From assembly GCF_004010195.1 (NCBI RefSeq), contig NC_057718.1, positions 23,342,637 through 23,406,636 on the forward strand: DNA of 64,000 nt, read 5' to 3'. The stretch comes from Chiloscyllium plagiosum. Lineage: Eukaryota. Both the position numbers and the translations under genes were made by a program. Under the pieces are notes generated by a model. It made no database searches. It had not been told where the DNA came from and was given only the letters and a program-made list of their open reading frames with translations. This document shows, piece after piece, positions 61,038 to 64,000 of this stretch (its first letter is position 1; each line of letters begins with the position of its first letter).

Positions 61038-62392
61038 GTCATAGAGTCATAGAGAAGTACAATACGGAAACAGACCCTTAGGTGCAACTCATCCATACTG
61101 ACCAGATATCCTAACCCAATCTAGTCCCATTTGCTAGCACTTGGCCCATATCCCTCTGAACCCTTTCTATTCACATACCCATCCAGATCACTTTTAAATG
61201 CTGCAATTGTACCAGCCTCCACCATTTCCTCTGGCAGCACATTCCGTACACACACCACCCTCTGCTTGAAAACGTTGCCCCTTAGGTCCCTTTTAGATCT
61301 TTCCCCTCTCACCCTAAACTATGCCCTCTAGTTCTGGACTCCCCCACCCTGGGGAAAATACTTTGTCTATTTATCCTATCCATGCCCCTCATGAATTTAT
61401 AAACCTCTATAAGGTCACCCCTCAGCTTCCAACACTCCATGGAAAACAGCCCCAGCCTATTCAACCTCTCCCCATAGCTCAAACCCTTCGACACTGCCAA
61501 CATCCTTGTAAGTCTTTTCTGAACCCTTTCAAGTTTCACAACATCTTTCCGATAGGAAGGAGACCAGAATTGCACACAATATTCCAAATAACCAATAACC
61601 AATGTCCTGTACAGCCGCAACATGACCTCACAACTCCCGTACTCAATACTTAGACCAATAAAGGAAAGCATACCAAACACCTTCTTCACTATCATATCTA
61701 TCTGCGACTCCACTTTCAAGGAGCTATGCACTCCAAGGTCTCTTTGTTCAGCAACACCTTATGCTCACATCTAAATCATTTATATAAATGATGAAAAGTA
61801 GTGAACCCAGCACTGGTCTGGGTAGCACACCACTGGTCACAAGCCTCCAGTCTGAAAAACAATCCTCCACCACCACCCTCTGTCTTCTACCTTTGAGCCA
61901 GTTCTGTATCCAAATGGCGAGTTCTCCCTGTATTCCATCAGATCTAACCGGTGTCCCATGGGGAATCTTGTCGAACGCCTTACTGAAGTCTATAATTGAT
62001 CATGTTTACCACTCTTCCCTCATCAATCCTCTTTGTTACTACTTCAAAAATCTCAAATCAAGTTTGTGAGACATGATTTCCCATGCACAAAGCCATATTG
62101 ACTATCCTTAATCAGTCCTTACCTTTCCAAGTTCATGTACATCCTATCCCTCAGGATTCATTCCAACAACTTGCCCACCACTGACATCAGGCTTACCAGT
62201 CTATAGTTCCCTGGCTTGTCCTTACCACCTTTCTTAAATAGTGGCACGAGATTAGCCAACCTCCAGTCTTCCGGCACCTCACTTGTGACTATCGATGATA
62301 CAAATATCTCAGCAAGATGCCCAGCCATCACACCTAGCTTCCCACAGAGTTCTAGGGTACACCTGATCAGATCCTGGGGATTTATCCACTTG
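61038..62392 (-). mobile_element. 5'-truncated CR1 LINE with internal deletions
   Basis: ORFs 61309-61731 and 61121-61312; tail GTCATAGAGTCATAGAG at 61038. Confidence 0.95.
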
Positions 62393-62649
62393 CACTAAAA
62401 CAATCTCATCACTGAAAATCTCTCATCCAATATACCAACAATACACTCCATTTGGCTTTAGAATGATTTGACATTTAGAAATCTATTGTTGTCTCCAATG
62501 AGCCAGCTCAGCCTTCTGTTGACTGAGGAGAACAGGCTTTTGAGGGCCAAGACCAAAAACCTGGGCTGGCTTTCCCAGCAGCAGCAGGGATCAATATACT
62601 CTAATATACTCCGGAGACTTGAGCAGATTACAATAGACTAATCAAGACA

Positions 62650-63484
62650 TTTTCTTCTTGGAAAAAAGAACTATTTTTTGCATGTTTAAAAACATTTATG
62701 ATCTTCTAAACAGCACAGAGGAAAATGCCCTCCTATTCTACTCCTCTGCTGCTTTTGAACTTCTATGTGGTCGAACGTTCCATCTGTCAGAATTTTTCAA
62801 CAACTAAAGATCACTATTTAATATTAAATTGCACAATATTTATTTATGATACATATTTTCAGGAAATAGTATGAAAAATCATCCATTTAACTCGACCCCC
62901 CCCAACCCTCTTTAACCATAATAGACTTCAACCATAATAGTCTGTAAATTGGGCTCTGTTCAACTTGAGAGTTTTCATCTTCCTTTCCTCAGATCCCTGT
63001 TCCATTACTCAATTACCTTTGTCCTCCTTAGTAGTCCCATTGGAGAAATACCAGCCATCCCGTCTCTGCAAAACCATTCAAGATCATTGGCACAATGGGT
63101 AGTCTGATCTCAGCATGTTTTCACTCCCTTATCACCCATATCAAATCTAATCCTTTTCTGTTCCCAAACAAGTTATTTTTCAGGATACTTTGGTAAAAAA
63201 GTTAATCAAAACAGGAGCTTAGGACATAGAGAGAGACTTTCTTCTTGGTATGTTGACAAAAAAAAACTATGTTGTGCATTCCATAAACATTTATGACTTT
63301 CTTATAAACAGCATAGAGAAAAATGCCCTCTTCCACTCTCCTGGACTACTTTTGAATTTCTATTGTGGGTAAATATTCCATCTGTCAGAATTTTTCAACA
63401 ACTAAAGACTACTTTTTAACACTAAATCACATAATATTTATATATTGTACAGACTATGGAGAAACAATAGTGAAAATCATCCGT
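62650..63484 (+). repeat. Diverged direct duplication of about 235 bp (62650-62886 and 63238-63484)
   Basis: Collinear blocks; exact 33-bp core TTCCATCTGTCAGAATTTTTCAACAACTAAAGA at 62778-62810 and 63376-63408. Confidence 0.88.
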
Positions 63485-63485
63485 T

Positions 63486-63797
63486 CACAGTGGCTCAGTG
63501 GTTAACACTACTGCCTCACAGCACCAGGGTCCCATGTTCATTTTCAGCCTCGGGCAGCTGTCTGTGTGCAGTTTGCACATTCTCCCCGTGTCTGCGTGGG
63601 TTTCCTCTGGGTGCTCTGGTTTCCTCCCACAGTCCAAAGATGTGCAGGTCAGGTGAATTGGCAAAGCTAAATTGCCCATACTGTTAGATGCATTAGTCAG
63701 AGGGAAATGGGTCTGGGTGGGTTACTCTTCGGAGGGTCGGTGTGGACTTTTTGGGCTGAAGGGCCTGTTTCCACACTGTAGGGAATCTAATCTGATC
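63486..63797 (+). mobile_element. HE1-type V-SINE
   Basis: TGGCTCAGTGGTTAACACT head, V-domain, CR1-like tail ending GGGAATCTAATCTGATC. Confidence 0.92.
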
Positions 63798-64000
63798 ATT
63801 CAATTCTGCCACTTACCCAAACAAATGTTTCTAATCTCCTGGTGCTTAATCAACCACTGACTGTATAATGGAATGTGTTAAATCCAAGAGTTATCATGTT
63901 TCTTTCCTCACAGCACCACTTAATTGCTCAAGTAGCTTTGTCCTCTTTGGCAGTCCCAGGGGAGCTGGGATGAAGTCCCTTCACTCTCCCGAATGCGTCC

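Overview
Eukaryotic, repeat-dense, apparently non-genic (intergenic or intronic) DNA. It is most likely from a shark or other elasmobranch; this is inferred from HE1-type V-SINEs, Deu-type SINEs and abundant HER1/CR1-type LINEs recognised from memory, with no database search. No host protein-coding gene can be supported: nearly all ORF-track entries are CR1 RT fragments, their antisense shadows, or noise. The window holds one near-full-length decayed CR1 LINE (1-3890, minus; ORF1 zinc finger/zipper/SGNH esterase, ORF2 APE+RT), about 25 truncated CR1 pieces, L2 and RTE fragments, three SINE families, a solo LTR with a 4-bp TSD, PIF/Harbinger fossils, a 31-bp minisatellite and a 138-N gap. The most interesting signal is about a dozen short elements from at least four sequence families, several of them fold-backs with 11-14-bp target-site duplications. 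The better-preserved copies carry a minimal type-I hammerhead ribozyme core (CUGANGA-N-stem II-GAAA-NN-UH) whose stems co-vary between families. They look like non-autonomous Penelope-like/retrozyme-like retroelements, and one has a 343-nt head-to-tail unit. Coordinates were read by eye; edges of decayed elements are approximate.
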